Assembly: GCA_965205025.1 (NCBI GenBank)
Contig: CBDBFU010000030.1
Span: 9,338 to 73,337, forward strand
Origin: Candidatus Poribacteria bacterium
GTDB lineage: Bacteria > Poribacteria > WGA-4E > WGA-3G
Length of the DNA stretch: 64,000 nt
Direction: 5' to 3'
Position 1 is the stretch's first letter. Every line of letters starts with the position of its first letter. A program made the translations under genes and the position numbers. The notes under the pieces are model-generated. The model was not told the DNA's origin and ran no database searches. It saw only the letters and a list, made by a program, of their open reading frames with translations. This document shows, one piece after another, positions 30,277 to 40,750 of this stretch.

Positions 30277-33200
30277 TCACTTAATCACTGCTATTTTACC
30301 AACTTTTATCTGTGCTTCAAATTCCAGGATATAGATGTAAATACCTGTAGCAATATCACCGATACTACCATTTGTTAACCACCATTCTTTACTGTTGCCA
30401 TCACTTTCAGAAACATGTAACTCTTCCATAAGTTCCCCTTTTGGCGTGTATAGTTGGATCCGTGTCCCGATCGGTACTTTATCAAATGTAATAGCACCTT
30501 TATCGGAAACGTGGGGTTGGATTGGATTTGGATAAACGCGTAGATCAGAAAGATTGGTGATATTCACCTCATCAATAATTCGTTGTATCTCAACGAGTTT
30601 TGTGCTATCCCTAATCGAATTTTCATCTATATCCGCTAAGTTAGTTACAACAATCTCATATTGATTGGTTGGATCGGCAATAAATGATCGTAATTGTTCA
30701 GTATCAAATGCTAATAATACCCGTGTTCCCATTCTGTCACGTATTGCAGACACAGGCAGTAAGCCACCTAACTGTTTTTCAAGCCGCAAATTATATCTTC
30801 GTTCATCACTAATTGTTGTATCCATCCTTCGATCAAAGGTGACAACAATCCAATTTGGTTGTTGGTATGTAGCACTAAGAATTTTTGGTGCTGTACGTGG
30901 TGTTGCTGAAACTGATTCAGAACGTCTTGTCTCAATCCCTTTTTCATTCTTTGCTGTCACTGCATACCAGTAAGTAGTATCTATTTCGACAGATCTATCC
31001 AAATATCTGGGTGTAGATAGATCCATTGCAATAGCCTTATACTCAGTATCGAGTGGTTTTTCCTGTTTATCTCCGTTTGCACGATAAATAGTGAAAATGC
31101 TCTGGACATTAGGATTTTCTACCGATTCCCATGTAATCTGCACTGCTCTTGATGTTATCGGTTTTGCAGATAGATCCCAAGGTATTAGTGATGCAACTGA
31201 GTTTTTGTTTTTTGCAAGTGAAGATTCTATATAACCAAGTCCATCTTCAAGATTAACATAGAATTCGTGAAAACCATTATCGTCCATGTCAGGAGTAAGG
31301 AGAGTGGGTGTTTCCGATACTTTTTTATGAAATACTGGTATGAAAGTATTTCCATTCCACTGCATTATGTATAGGTTTGGATTCGTAATAACAATCAACT
31401 CATTGGTTTGGTCCCCATCCACTTCAGCTATTCCCATACTATTTCCGTTGAGACGATAGGGTGCAATGTTCTGTTCCCATAGTTTCCTATATTTCCCTGA
31501 TATGAAGGTGTAAACAACAAATTTCCATATAGGTGAAGCAGCAGTAATATCAGGATGAGAAATTGTACCTCCAACCACTAATTCTGGTTTCCCATCACCC
31601 GTTAAGTCTCCTGAGATTAGCTGTCTTACAACATCAATATCGGTTTTGACAGTTAGTTCTAACCGAAAATTATCGTTAGTAGTGGCAGTATAGAAAAAGA
31701 GTTCACCTTCACTATCTCCAACAACGATGTTGTTCTTCCCATTACTGTTGAAATCGTCAATGACAATATCTGATGCATATATATTCTTTCCATCGGTTTC
31801 ATTAATTAACGCTGCTGACCTATTAAACAGATTATTCCCTCTATTTTCAAAGATAAGGATGCGGTTATTGCTATTATCAATCCCAACAATTTCCTTATGT
31901 CCATCACCATCAAGATCATCAATTTTACCACCAGAAATAAAAGGTGTCTCCCATATTATTTGGGTGGGAAAACCTTCAGGTTCACGGTTTTCTATCAAGA
32001 AAGTACGATCATGATCATAAGCAAGTATTTCGAGTAAACCATCGTTATCAGAATCTTCCACTGTTGTTGGTACGAAAGTTTCTATATCAATATTTGGATT
32101 TAGTCCACTTGTTGTGTCAACTATGTCAACAATATCTGTGAGACTATGTACAAGATTATATCTTCCATTCGGTGCACGTTCATAGATAACAAGACTTGTA
32201 GTAGGGGAGAGATCGGTAGAGATATCGAAAAGGGATGTACCAATGAATTCTAATAACCCATTCTTATCAAAATCGACAACAACATCAGCAAGATGGAGTA
32301 AGGGAATACTGAGATTTCTTTCAATATATCCATTTGGAGAGATTAAATGTCCCATAACATCGACGGTATAGTATTTTCCGTCATTGTTATCAACTGTATT
32401 TAATCCAACGGTATTTCGTGCAGAAAAATAGAATTGATATTGTCCTTGTTCCAGTGCGAGTGAGAACAAATGCTCCTTCCCAATTTCATTCTCTTCAATC
32501 GATGCAAAAGGTGTGATATTTCCAACCCGACGATAGAAGACCTTGTTTCGTGTGACATCATCTGTTATCCAACTTAAGATAGTCGTAGAACCATCCTGAT
32601 ATATCGCTTCAGTCACATTAATTGAGTCTATTTTGGGTGGTGTGCGGTCAACTGTTAAAACGACTTGATCGTGAGTTTCACTACCATCTCTATCTGTAAC
32701 AACCAGACGAACAGTATACACATCCTCTGGAATATTTGTTGTATCCCATTCAATTAATTTCTCATCCATTTTTTGTGTGGTAATTACATCAGTAAACGGT
32801 ATGAAAGTTGTAGGAACAGAAGAACTACCATAAAACATCTGCCAAGATTCGAATTTATACCCTCCTGCAGTGCCGTTAAATGGTATTGATGTGGATCCAC
32901 CACTATTAGTTTGTGGGGACTGGATTCTCGCTTGAAGAACACCACTTGCCAACAGTGCGCGTTGTCCATTAACTGTACCTGCACCAGCGAGCGTTGTATC
33001 TGGTTCATCACTATCCTTTTCAAAGACAAGATCGGTTGTATTTATGAGTATATGCCTTATTTCTTCATGCGTGAGTGCTGGACGTTTTGCTTTCATCAAT
33101 GCAGCGATACCCGTAATATGTGGGGCTGCCATTGAAGTTCCGGTAAGTATTCGATACTTGTTGCCAATTTGTGTACTAAGGATTGCATTTCCCGGTGCTG

Positions 33201-34308
33201 CTATATCAATGGAAGCCCCATGGTTCGATTTATAGTATCTTTGTCTGTGTTGGGTTGTTGAGGCAACTGAGATAACTTTACGGTATCCCGCTGGAAATAT
33301 ACTCGTTGCTTCACCATCATTACCAGCGGCACCAATTAACAAGACACCCCTATTATGGGCATATTCAATAGCTTCTTCTATAACAAAGGAATGTTGGGAA
33401 CTTCCCCAACTCATATTGATAATACTTGCACCGTTATCGACAGCGTAGACGATCGCTGCGGCTGAATCATCATCTTGCATCCGTGAACTCCCACCAAGTG
33501 AGAGACCAGCACGTACTGCCATGAGTGGTGAATTCCAAGCGACACCCGCAATACCAATACCGTTATTTGGCATTGCTCCTGCTATTCCGGCAACATGCGT
33601 TCCGTGTCCAGATTCATCAATGGGTTCATTATCTCCTTCCAAAAAATCCCCTTCCGCTTCAAGATTTGGGGCATCTGTAAAATCCCAACCATGCATATCA
33701 TCAATATACCCATTTCCATCATCATCTAATCCGTTATCAGGAATTTCGTCAGAATTAACCCATATTTTCTGTGAAAGATCGTCATGTCTATAATCAATTC
33801 CAGAATCAATAATGGCAATAACTACCTCGCGACTCCCTTTCTCTATTTCCCACGCTTGTGGCATATTAATTAACGGTAAGCTCCATTGTTCTTCATACTT
33901 TGGATCATTTGGCACTATTCCTTCGACTAAAGTTGGACGGAGATAATTATAGGATACCTTCTCAATAAGTTCACTGACTTCAAAGGAAGTCTTGAGTGCC
34001 ACCAAATCTACCTGTAGAGAGAATCGTAGGAGATATGTTCTTGAGATGTTTGAATTATCATCTGATGGATTGAAGGAGCTACGAAATACAGGTTTGTAGG
34101 ATTCTACATTATGTAATCTGAATAATGCAGCAGCATTAGATTTTGATTGTAGACTTTGGAGATCATCATAAGCATTAGGGGTTAGAAGAATCAATAACTC
34201 GCCAGGTGTAATGTCTGGGATAGCAGCATTAACAAGTGGAAAGTAGTTTATGCTTAAAATTACTAAAAGCAGAATATAGAGTTTTTTGTTGAACGATGTT
34301 TGAATCAT
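30277..34308 (-). CDS. Large secreted S8 subtilase with FG-GAP repeats, Fn3/Ig domains and T9SS-like C-terminal domain
   Basis: IIDSG, GHGTHVAG and GTSMAAP triad; DxDGDG repeats; C-terminal VYPNP...GIYIY...GKIAVIK. Confidence 0.9.
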   Translation of the reverse strand: MIQTSFNKKLYILLLVILSINYFPLVNAAIPDITPGELLILLTPNAYDDLQSLQSKSNAAALFRLHNVESYKPVFRSSFNPSDDNSNISRTYLLRFSLQVDLVALKTSFEVSELIEKVSYNYLRPTLVEGIVPNDPKYEEQWSLPLINMPQAWEIEKGSREVVIAIIDSGIDYRHDDLSQKIWVNSDEIPDNGLDDDGNGYIDDMHGWDFTDAPNLEAEGDFLEGDNEPIDESGHGTHVAGIAGAMPNNGIGIAGVAWNSPLMAVRAGLSLGGSSRMQDDDSAAAIVYAVDNGASIINMSWGSSQHSFVIEEAIEYAHNRGVLLIGAAGNDGEATSIFPAGYRKVISVASTTQHRQRYYKSNHGASIDIAAPGNAILSTQIGNKYRILTGTSMAAPHITGIAALMKAKRPALTHEEIRHILINTTDLVFEKDSDEPDTTLAGAGTVNGQRALLASGVLQARIQSPQTNSGGSTSIPFNGTAGGYKFESWQMFYGSSSVPTTFIPFTDVITTQKMDEKLIEWDTTNIPEDVYTVRLVVTDRDGSETHDQVVLTVDRTPPKIDSINVTEAIYQDGSTTILSWITDDVTRNKVFYRRVGNITPFASIEENEIGKEHLFSLALEQGQYQFYFSARNTVGLNTVDNNDGKYYTVDVMGHLISPNGYIERNLSIPLLHLADVVVDFDKNGLLEFIGTSLFDISTDLSPTTSLVIYERAPNGRYNLVHSLTDIVDIVDTTSGLNPNIDIETFVPTTVEDSDNDGLLEILAYDHDRTFLIENREPEGFPTQIIWETPFISGGKIDDLDGDGHKEIVGIDNSNNRILIFENRGNNLFNRSAALINETDGKNIYASDIVIDDFNSNGKNNIVVGDSEGELFFYTATTNDNFRLELTVKTDIDVVRQLISGDLTGDGKPELVVGGTISHPDITAASPIWKFVVYTFISGKYRKLWEQNIAPYRLNGNSMGIAEVDGDQTNELIVITNPNLYIMQWNGNTFIPVFHKKVSETPTLLTPDMDDNGFHEFYVNLEDGLGYIESSLAKNKNSVASLIPWDLSAKPITSRAVQITWESVENPNVQSIFTIYRANGDKQEKPLDTEYKAIAMDLSTPRYLDRSVEIDTTYWYAVTAKNEKGIETRRSESVSATPRTAPKILSATYQQPNWIVVTFDRRMDTTISDERRYNLRLEKQLGGLLPVSAIRDRMGTRVLLAFDTEQLRSFIADPTNQYEIVVTNLADIDENSIRDSTKLVEIQRIIDEVNITNLSDLRVYPNPIQPHVSDKGAITFDKVPIGTRIQLYTPKGELMEELHVSESDGNSKEWWLTNGSIGDIATGIYIYILEFEAQIKVGKIAVIK

Positions 34309-34311
34309 AGG

Positions 34312-35256
34312 CTAATTCTCAGATAAAGATGATTCTGTATGACCATCACCCTTCAATATATTAATAACCTTCCCTGTCTGGTCATCTATAATGACGATTG
34401 CAAGATTCCCCCAATTATGGTTATAAAAACTCACAGTCCATGCAAAACCTTGAAACCAAGGATATGCATGATAGTTTTTGTATTCTTGTAATAGTGATTT
34501 TATCCGTGAATCAGACTTAGCGGTTTGTAGTATGATGTCCGAGTTCTTGTGTGATGCCCTAATTTCTGGTTGCTTAAAATGTTGAAGCTTGCCGTAGTTT
34601 GCTTCATTAGGTAGAATCCTGTAAGTTTTCTGTGAGAGAATTCGCAGCAGTGTGGCGTGTTTAAGGTGATTATTCCTTATTTCTTTATATTCGTTTAGAC
34701 CGTTTGCAATTGGGATTTTCTCATATAGTACTGCGCAAATTTCTGCTGCATGCGCCTCAATTAGGAGTATTTGTTTTATGTTGTTTTCAGTTTCTGCAAT
34801 CTCCCGTAGTTCCCTAAAGAAGGTTGCGTATAATCCAAATTTGTAAAACCTGTTTGGATAATGTGGTAGCCATGTGGAGATGAATTTAGCAATTTTTTCA
34901 CGTTCTTTTGTAATAAGGTCCTCTGGAGTTATGGATTTCTTCCAAGCCTCTTCAGCTTTATCAATATGAAATCTTAGTCTTTCCTGAATTTCACTCGTTT
35001 CTTTCTCAGTCCGTTCCACCCATTTATCGAACCCGTTATTCTTATAGTAATCGAGAATAATCTCATTCATAGGTATTGAAATTAGTGAAATACATTGGGC
35101 AGCTGTTTCATGCCAAAGAGCAAGCCTGCCGAAATCTTCTTGTTGTTCGTATAGTCTAATAAAGGTGTTAGCGTTTGTAGAGCCTTCATAGATAGCACTA
35201 CAGGGAAAGGTTTGTATGAAAAGAATTGAAACAAACAGTAATAAGTAAAGTCTCAT
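34312..35256 (-). CDS. Secreted hypothetical protein
   Basis: Signal peptide; 314-aa ORF tightly coupled within the operon. Confidence 0.6.
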   Translation of the reverse strand: MRLYLLLFVSILFIQTFPCSAIYEGSTNANTFIRLYEQQEDFGRLALWHETAAQCISLISIPMNEIILDYYKNNGFDKWVERTEKETSEIQERLRFHIDKAEEAWKKSITPEDLITKEREKIAKFISTWLPHYPNRFYKFGLYATFFRELREIAETENNIKQILLIEAHAAEICAVLYEKIPIANGLNEYKEIRNNHLKHATLLRILSQKTYRILPNEANYGKLQHFKQPEIRASHKNSDIILQTAKSDSRIKSLLQEYKNYHAYPWFQGFAWTVSFYNHNWGNLAIVIIDDQTGKVINILKGDGHTESSLSEN

Positions 35257-36275
35257 CTTCTCTTATCTTTGTCAGGTGTTTTTGTGAGGTATATACGAAC
35301 TTTTGCGGAAAATGTCTCTTCTGGAGATAGTACGATTATGCCAGCGGGTATACCTTTTTCTTCTAAATTAATAGCATCTGTTGGGCAGGTATACGGTTCA
35401 AAACAGATGGCGTCTCTTCCTGGCGGGGTATAGACAACAAGTTCCCTAAAGACAGAATCTGATTCCATAACCATACCATATCCCGTATCCAGATTTTCTA
35501 TTAGACAACGACTAATTCCGTCCTCCATTATTACACCGGTAAAGACATGATCCAATTTCAGTTTTCCAAATGGTTGTCCATTTCGCAAGTCCAACTCTCC
35601 TGTAACATCCTTTTGTATTCCTGTAGGTACAAGGACATCATCAAGTTCCCAATATCTGTCAGCGGGAACAGTAATTAGTGCTTTAGAGGCATCTGCTGTA
35701 CTAGTAAGATTAGTACTAAAGTATGGATGGATACCGAATCCCATCGGCATGTTCCAATTACCAGTGTTTTCAATTGAAACACCCATCTCAAGGATGGAAT
35801 TCTTCAGAATATAAGTTATTTCCATGGTGAAGGGGAATGGAAATTGTCGGTGCACATCTGGGAAATCCTCTGAATCTAATGAACAGACAAGGATTGCCTC
35901 GTCTTCATTGGCTTCGTGTTTATCAACATTATATGGAAGATTTAATAAAAGACCGTGTATTGTTGTTGGGGAATCTGGAGTTTTGTCAAATTGATATGTC
36001 TTACCTTCAAACTCCCATTTGCCATTTCGAATTCGGTTTGGAAAAGGAAATAGAATCGGATTTCCAAATGCAGTCGGACGTTCTTCCAACGTTGGCAAAT
36101 CTGGCGGTGGATCTATCAAATTGATCCAGTTGCCATTATCACTAACCTTGAAAACGAAACAGTTATTACCAAGTGAGGGTGCTATTTCTGCAACAGCATT
36201 TCTCTCTTCTTGTAAGTAGTATATTTGGAAACCGTCAACTGTTTTATCAATCACTGAATACGTGGAATGTGCCAT
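35253..36275 (-). CDS. Aldose 1-epimerase family protein
   Basis: GNPILFPFPNRI, IHGL, GFGIHPYF, ICFEPY; start trimmed to MAHSTYSV to avoid overlap with the ThuA gene. Confidence 0.88.
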   Translation of the reverse strand: MAHSTYSVIDKTVDGFQIYYLQEERNAVAEIAPSLGNNCFVFKVSDNGNWINLIDPPPDLPTLEERPTAFGNPILFPFPNRIRNGKWEFEGKTYQFDKTPDSPTTIHGLLLNLPYNVDKHEANEDEAILVCSLDSEDFPDVHRQFPFPFTMEITYILKNSILEMGVSIENTGNWNMPMGFGIHPYFSTNLTSTADASKALITVPADRYWELDDVLVPTGIQKDVTGELDLRNGQPFGKLKLDHVFTGVIMEDGISRCLIENLDTGYGMVMESDSVFRELVVYTPPGRDAICFEPYTCPTDAINLEEKGIPAGIIVLSPEETFSAKVRIYLTKTPDKDKRR

Positions 36276-36408
36276 AACGAATCCTTTATGTGAGTTAACA
36301 AGTAAGAGTAATATAAGAAAAATACAAAGCTTTTCAAGTTGGAATATGTTTGTGAAGAATATACTCTGACGAGGTAGAGAGTTAATCAAGAAAATACTAA
36401 TGTCATCC

Positions 36409-37023
36409 TTAGTTATCTTGGGCACACCATTCAATTCCTTGTTGCAATACTTTTCGGAAGTTCGGATCAGAATATGTGACATTATCGTGTCCACTTTGTA
36501 GACAAAAAATACGAGAGTTGCCGTATTCACGTGACCAACCTATAACATCCATACTGTTCGGATGATCTACAGTAAGTAAAATCGTACTATCCTCACCTGC
36601 GGACTTCATCAAGTAGGTTTCATCACCCATCTCCCAATTATCAAGACCTTTTGTAATCGGATGGTTGGGATCTGAGACTTGAACCTGTAATGTTTGTCTT
36701 GGTGAGTAGTCGAAATCTCTATCAAGAATCCCACACATATCGGAATAAGATTCCCATTCTGGAAATGCAAGAATGGCATGATGTAGGATAACCAGCCCTT
36801 GTCCACGTTCTGTCAGGCCAAGTATGGCTTCTGCTTGTTCGTCTGTTGGATAGGGTCTGTGGAAGTTATAGAAGACAACTGTTTCGTATTCTTTCTTATC
36901 TGGATCATCAACAAAGACATCCAAATCCTCACGGATAAATTCAATATCTTCCATGCTCCGAAATACTGCATCGAAATCCTTCTCACGAAAACCATGTTCC
37001 CCAGTAACAATTGCGATTTTCAT
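36409..37023 (-). CDS. ThuA-like (trehalose utilization) domain protein
   Basis: GLVILHHA, HPITKGL, DETY, W.REYG.SRIF...GHD. Confidence 0.8.
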   Translation of the reverse strand: MKIAIVTGEHGFREKDFDAVFRSMEDIEFIREDLDVFVDDPDKKEYETVVFYNFHRPYPTDEQAEAILGLTERGQGLVILHHAILAFPEWESYSDMCGILDRDFDYSPRQTLQVQVSDPNHPITKGLDNWEMGDETYLMKSAGEDSTILLTVDHPNSMDVIGWSREYGNSRIFCLQSGHDNVTYSDPNFRKVLQQGIEWCAQDN

Positions 37024-37064
37024 TGATCTATCTTCTCCTATAATCTTATGTTATCAGTCTATCA

Positions 37065-38243
37065 CTAATCTATAATAGATTGGTAAGTTAATACACGGAA
37101 CTGCGCATGGAACGGTGAATCCCCAATCAACTGTGTCATGAAAATAGCAATTAACTCTTCCATAGGATCAATCCAAAATACTGTACTCGCCAAACCTCCC
37201 CAACTGTATGTACCAACTGAACCCAAAGTATGTGTATCTGCAAGATCAGTAACAACTGCAAAACCAAGTCCGAAACCACAACCTGTCCTTTCCAAAGGTT
37301 GCCAGTCATTAGATATATGATTGATCGTTATGATTTCGACTGTTTTTCTTCCAAGTAAACGTACACCATCCAATTCACCATCATTGAGCATCATCTGGCA
37401 AAATCGGAGATAATCACCCGCAGTTGACAACAGTCCAGCTCCACCTGAGTGATGAAAACTAAGAGGACCACTTGATACAGGAGCATCTTTAAGTACTTTA
37501 ATCCCACCATCTTCAGTTGGTTCGTATAGTGTTGCATATCTGTCTGCTTTGTTCTCTGGAACAGAAAAATCAGTATCAACCATTTCTAAAGGATCAAATA
37601 TACGTGTTTTAAGGAACTCAGCAAATGGCATTCCTGAGACGACTTCAACAAGATAACCGAGTACATCGGTAGACATTCCGTAATTCCAGGCATCTCCAGG
37701 TTGATGTAGGAGTGGTATATCACCAAGTTCTTTTGCCATATATTTGAGATCACCACCATAAAAATCTGCTTCAGAATATCGTTTATTTATCGGGTGATCC
37801 CATTCACCACCATATATCAATCCTGCAGTATGCGTCAGAAGATGTTTTATCGTCATCTCTCGTTCTGTATCAACAATTGCATCTCCATGGTTTGCATAAG
37901 CTTTCATGTCTTTGAATTCAGGAATAAATTCAGATACAGGGGAGTTGAGTTGAAAAAGTCCTTCCTCAAATAGCATCATAACTGCAACACTGGTAATAGG
38001 TTTCGTCATAGAATAGATGCGGAAGATTGTATCAAATTCAATAGGTTTTTCAGATGCAATATCTTGATGACCCACCTTTTCAAAATGGACAAGTCTTCCT
38101 TCGCGAGCAATCATCGTTAATGCCCCAGGGATTTTTCCATTATCTATCCATTGTTGCATTACAGGTTTAATGCGTTCTAACCGCGCTGTGGACATCCCCA
38201 TGTCTTCTGGAACCGCACGCGGTAATCCTTCATATTCTGCCAT
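37065..38243 (-). CDS. Beta-lactamase class C-like serine hydrolase
   Basis: SMTK (SxxK), LLTHTAG, WNYG, GGAGL.ST, WGG. Confidence 0.9.
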   Translation of the reverse strand: MAEYEGLPRAVPEDMGMSTARLERIKPVMQQWIDNGKIPGALTMIAREGRLVHFEKVGHQDIASEKPIEFDTIFRIYSMTKPITSVAVMMLFEEGLFQLNSPVSEFIPEFKDMKAYANHGDAIVDTEREMTIKHLLTHTAGLIYGGEWDHPINKRYSEADFYGGDLKYMAKELGDIPLLHQPGDAWNYGMSTDVLGYLVEVVSGMPFAEFLKTRIFDPLEMVDTDFSVPENKADRYATLYEPTEDGGIKVLKDAPVSSGPLSFHHSGGAGLLSTAGDYLRFCQMMLNDGELDGVRLLGRKTVEIITINHISNDWQPLERTGCGFGLGFAVVTDLADTHTLGSVGTYSWGGLASTVFWIDPMEELIAIFMTQLIGDSPFHAQFRVLTYQSIID

Positions 38244-38277
38244 ATAATCTCCTAAGTAAGTGGTTGTAATCTGTAAA

Positions 38278-39483
38278 TTATTCTGTAAGTGCTTGATAGG
38301 TTAACACTTTAAATTTCTGATGAATTGGATACCTGTTATTCATTAATTGGGTCATCAGCAATGCTATCAAATCCTCTTCAGGATCAACCCAAAATGTGGT
38401 GGCTGCTGCACCACTCCATCCGTAATTTCCTACGGAATCGAGTGTGTTTGGAGGATCTTTCCGTGTAACAACTGAAAAACCAAGTCCAAACCAATTGTCG
38501 TGGTGAGGATACCGCATCAGTTCAACTGTTTTCTTCCCTAAAATGCGTACACCATCCAATTCACCACCGTTTAGTAGCATCTGCGCAAATCGCATATAAT
38601 CTCCTGCAGTTGAGACAAGGCCACCACCACCAGATGGGAAAAAACTAACATCATCTTTCGCAAGTGGGGCTTCTCCGACACGATCCAGTCCATTTTCGTT
38701 GTTAGGTCTGTATAAAGCAGCAAATCTATCTACTTTTTCACTTGGTACAGAAAATCCTGTATCTGTCATTCCAAGTGGTCCAAATAGACGTGACTGGAGG
38801 AAGTCCTCAAATGGCATACCTGAAACTACCTCAACAAGATAACCCAGTACATCGGTGGATACTCCGTAAGTCCATTTTTCACCCGGTTTCATGTACCAAT
38901 GGTATTTCACTGAGTTTTTTTACCATGTCTGAAAGTGTTGAACCACTGGCAAGGACTTTCAATTCTCTATAACGTTTATCGACAGGTTTGCCTCCCCACC
39001 CGTATGTAAAACCGGCGGTGTGCATAAGAAGGTGTTTTATCTTGATATCTTTTTTTGGCATCAAGGATTTCAGTTTGATCACCATTATAGACCTTCATGT
39101 TTTTGAATTCAGGAATGAATCTTGAGACAGATGTGCCGAGTTGAAAGTGTCCCTCTTCATAGAGCATCATCACAGCAACACTTGTAATCGGTTTTGACAT
39201 GGAATAGATACGGAATATCGTACCTGCTTCAACAGGTTTGGCATTCTCAACATCTCTCATACCAATGGGTTCAAAATGGACTATTTTACCTTTTCTTGCG
39301 ACAACAGTAAGGAATCCTGGCAAGTTGCCATTATCAACATAACTCTGCATTACAGGACCGATCCGATCAATACGTTCAGAAGATACACCGACCGTCTCCG
39401 GTACTGCCAATGGAAGTCCCTTGTCCAAGTGCGAATGTTGTTATACTAAATAAAAATAAAATCAGAAAAACTAATCGTTTCAA
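38278..39483 (-). pseudogene. Beta-lactamase-like serine hydrolase with signal peptide, split by three +1 homopolymer frameshifts
   Basis: Fragments 38976-39428, 38879-39085 and 38278-38910 plus a signal peptide from TTG 39483 join into one paralogue of 37065-38243. Confidence 0.8.
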
Positions 39484-39510
39484 TCTTTTCTCCTTAAATA
39501 TTTAGATATA

Positions 39511-40311
39511 CTACTTCATGTGTTTTAAATAACCCCATCGTGTAGCAAGTTTTCCGTGGGGATCAACGCTGAGTATTTGTGCTAAACCTACATCCTTAGC
39601 TTCTTTTATCTCCGCTTGAGAACGTGCAACATCGGATATACGTATTTCTTCTATTAAACCCTTTAATCCGTTGGCATTATCAATATTTGGTACACCGATT
39701 GTAATTGGGTCATCACTTTGAAATGAGGCTTCGTTTGCTTGTTCAGATTCCAATTCTCCATCTACATATACACGTCCCTTTTCTCCATCAAAGGTAAAGG
39801 CAAGATGATGCCACTTATTATCTGTGATCTGTGTGGTGCCATTTATATTGAATGCACACCCACCATTTGCCCCGATCTGTGCGTGGAGGACTTTCTGATT
39901 GACTTCTACCCATATACCGTAGTTTCGATTTGTGCAACCTGCTTGTTGTTTACAAACAATCCCTTGCCATTTTCCTGTTGCTTCTGTTACCTTTACCCAA
40001 GCTTCAATACTAAGGGTTTCTAATTCAAGCTTTTTGGAAGAGTTGACCACAATGTACCCTCCCTTGTCTCCAGGGAATTGTAGTGCTGTTCCAATCCTAC
40101 CCTTAACCCATTTAAGCGTTCCGATTATTTCACCATCGTGTCCGTTTCCAGAGTCATCTCTTACTTTTTTTCCACCACCCTCTTCAAAGAGCCATACCGC
40201 CATGGTGTTTTTGTCAACTCCTGCCTCTGTCTGAAGAGATAAATATAAGGTCAATATTAGAACAATAACATACTGTGGGATATAGATATATCGTTGGTAG
40301 ATGTGATGCAT
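39511..40311 (-). CDS. Secreted LamG-like jelly-roll protein with C-terminal 'VDPHGKLATRWGYLK' motif
   Basis: WLFEEG.G, D.SGNGHDG, WHHLAFTFDG, YVDG, G.IEEIRIS. Confidence 0.88.
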   Translation of the reverse strand: MHHIYQRYIYIPQYVIVLILTLYLSLQTEAGVDKNTMAVWLFEEGGGKKVRDDSGNGHDGEIIGTLKWVKGRIGTALQFPGDKGGYIVVNSSKKLELETLSIEAWVKVTEATGKWQGIVCKQQAGCTNRNYGIWVEVNQKVLHAQIGANGGCAFNINGTTQITDNKWHHLAFTFDGEKGRVYVDGELESEQANEASFQSDDPITIGVPNIDNANGLKGLIEEIRISDVARSQAEIKEAKDVGLAQILSVDPHGKLATRWGYLKHMK

Positions 40312-40586
40312 GTTTTCCCCTTACATTGTCTGTTTTGGCATTATAAACCTGTTTCAGGATTTCCTATTGATAGCACATAATTTCATTACAAGTCAACAAA
40401 GATAGTTAGCAACTACGTTAGGCATATTATCAGAAAATGTGGTTAATGTCAATTTTGGCTTTTACACATTTTTACTTTCGATTTAGCATTACTATTTGAC
40501 AATATATTCTTCAAAGCATTCAATACAAAATAACATATAGCTTCAGAACAACTCTATACATATATCTTAGTTCACAGATAAAATCG

Positions 40587-40615
40587 TTGACATCATCATA
40601 TAGATTCTATACAAT
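40587..40615 (+). promoter_or_regulatory. Sigma70-type promoter
   Basis: TTGACA-17bp-TACAAT upstream of 40751. Confidence 0.65.
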
Positions 40616-40750
40616 TCTCAAAAGAAATAAACTCATGACATGAAATGAATGTTGCATTAGATTAGGTGTTTCTTGAGTTTGTGAGATATTTAAGAATGTT
40701 CGAAACTGAGAACCTTAAAAACGTATGTAGTATTGCCTAAGGAGGCATCA

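Noticed and set aside
36276-36530. N-terminal extension of the aldose epimerase ORF
   Set aside because: It overlaps the ThuA gene and lacks homology. The start at 36275 has an RBS-like AAGGA.
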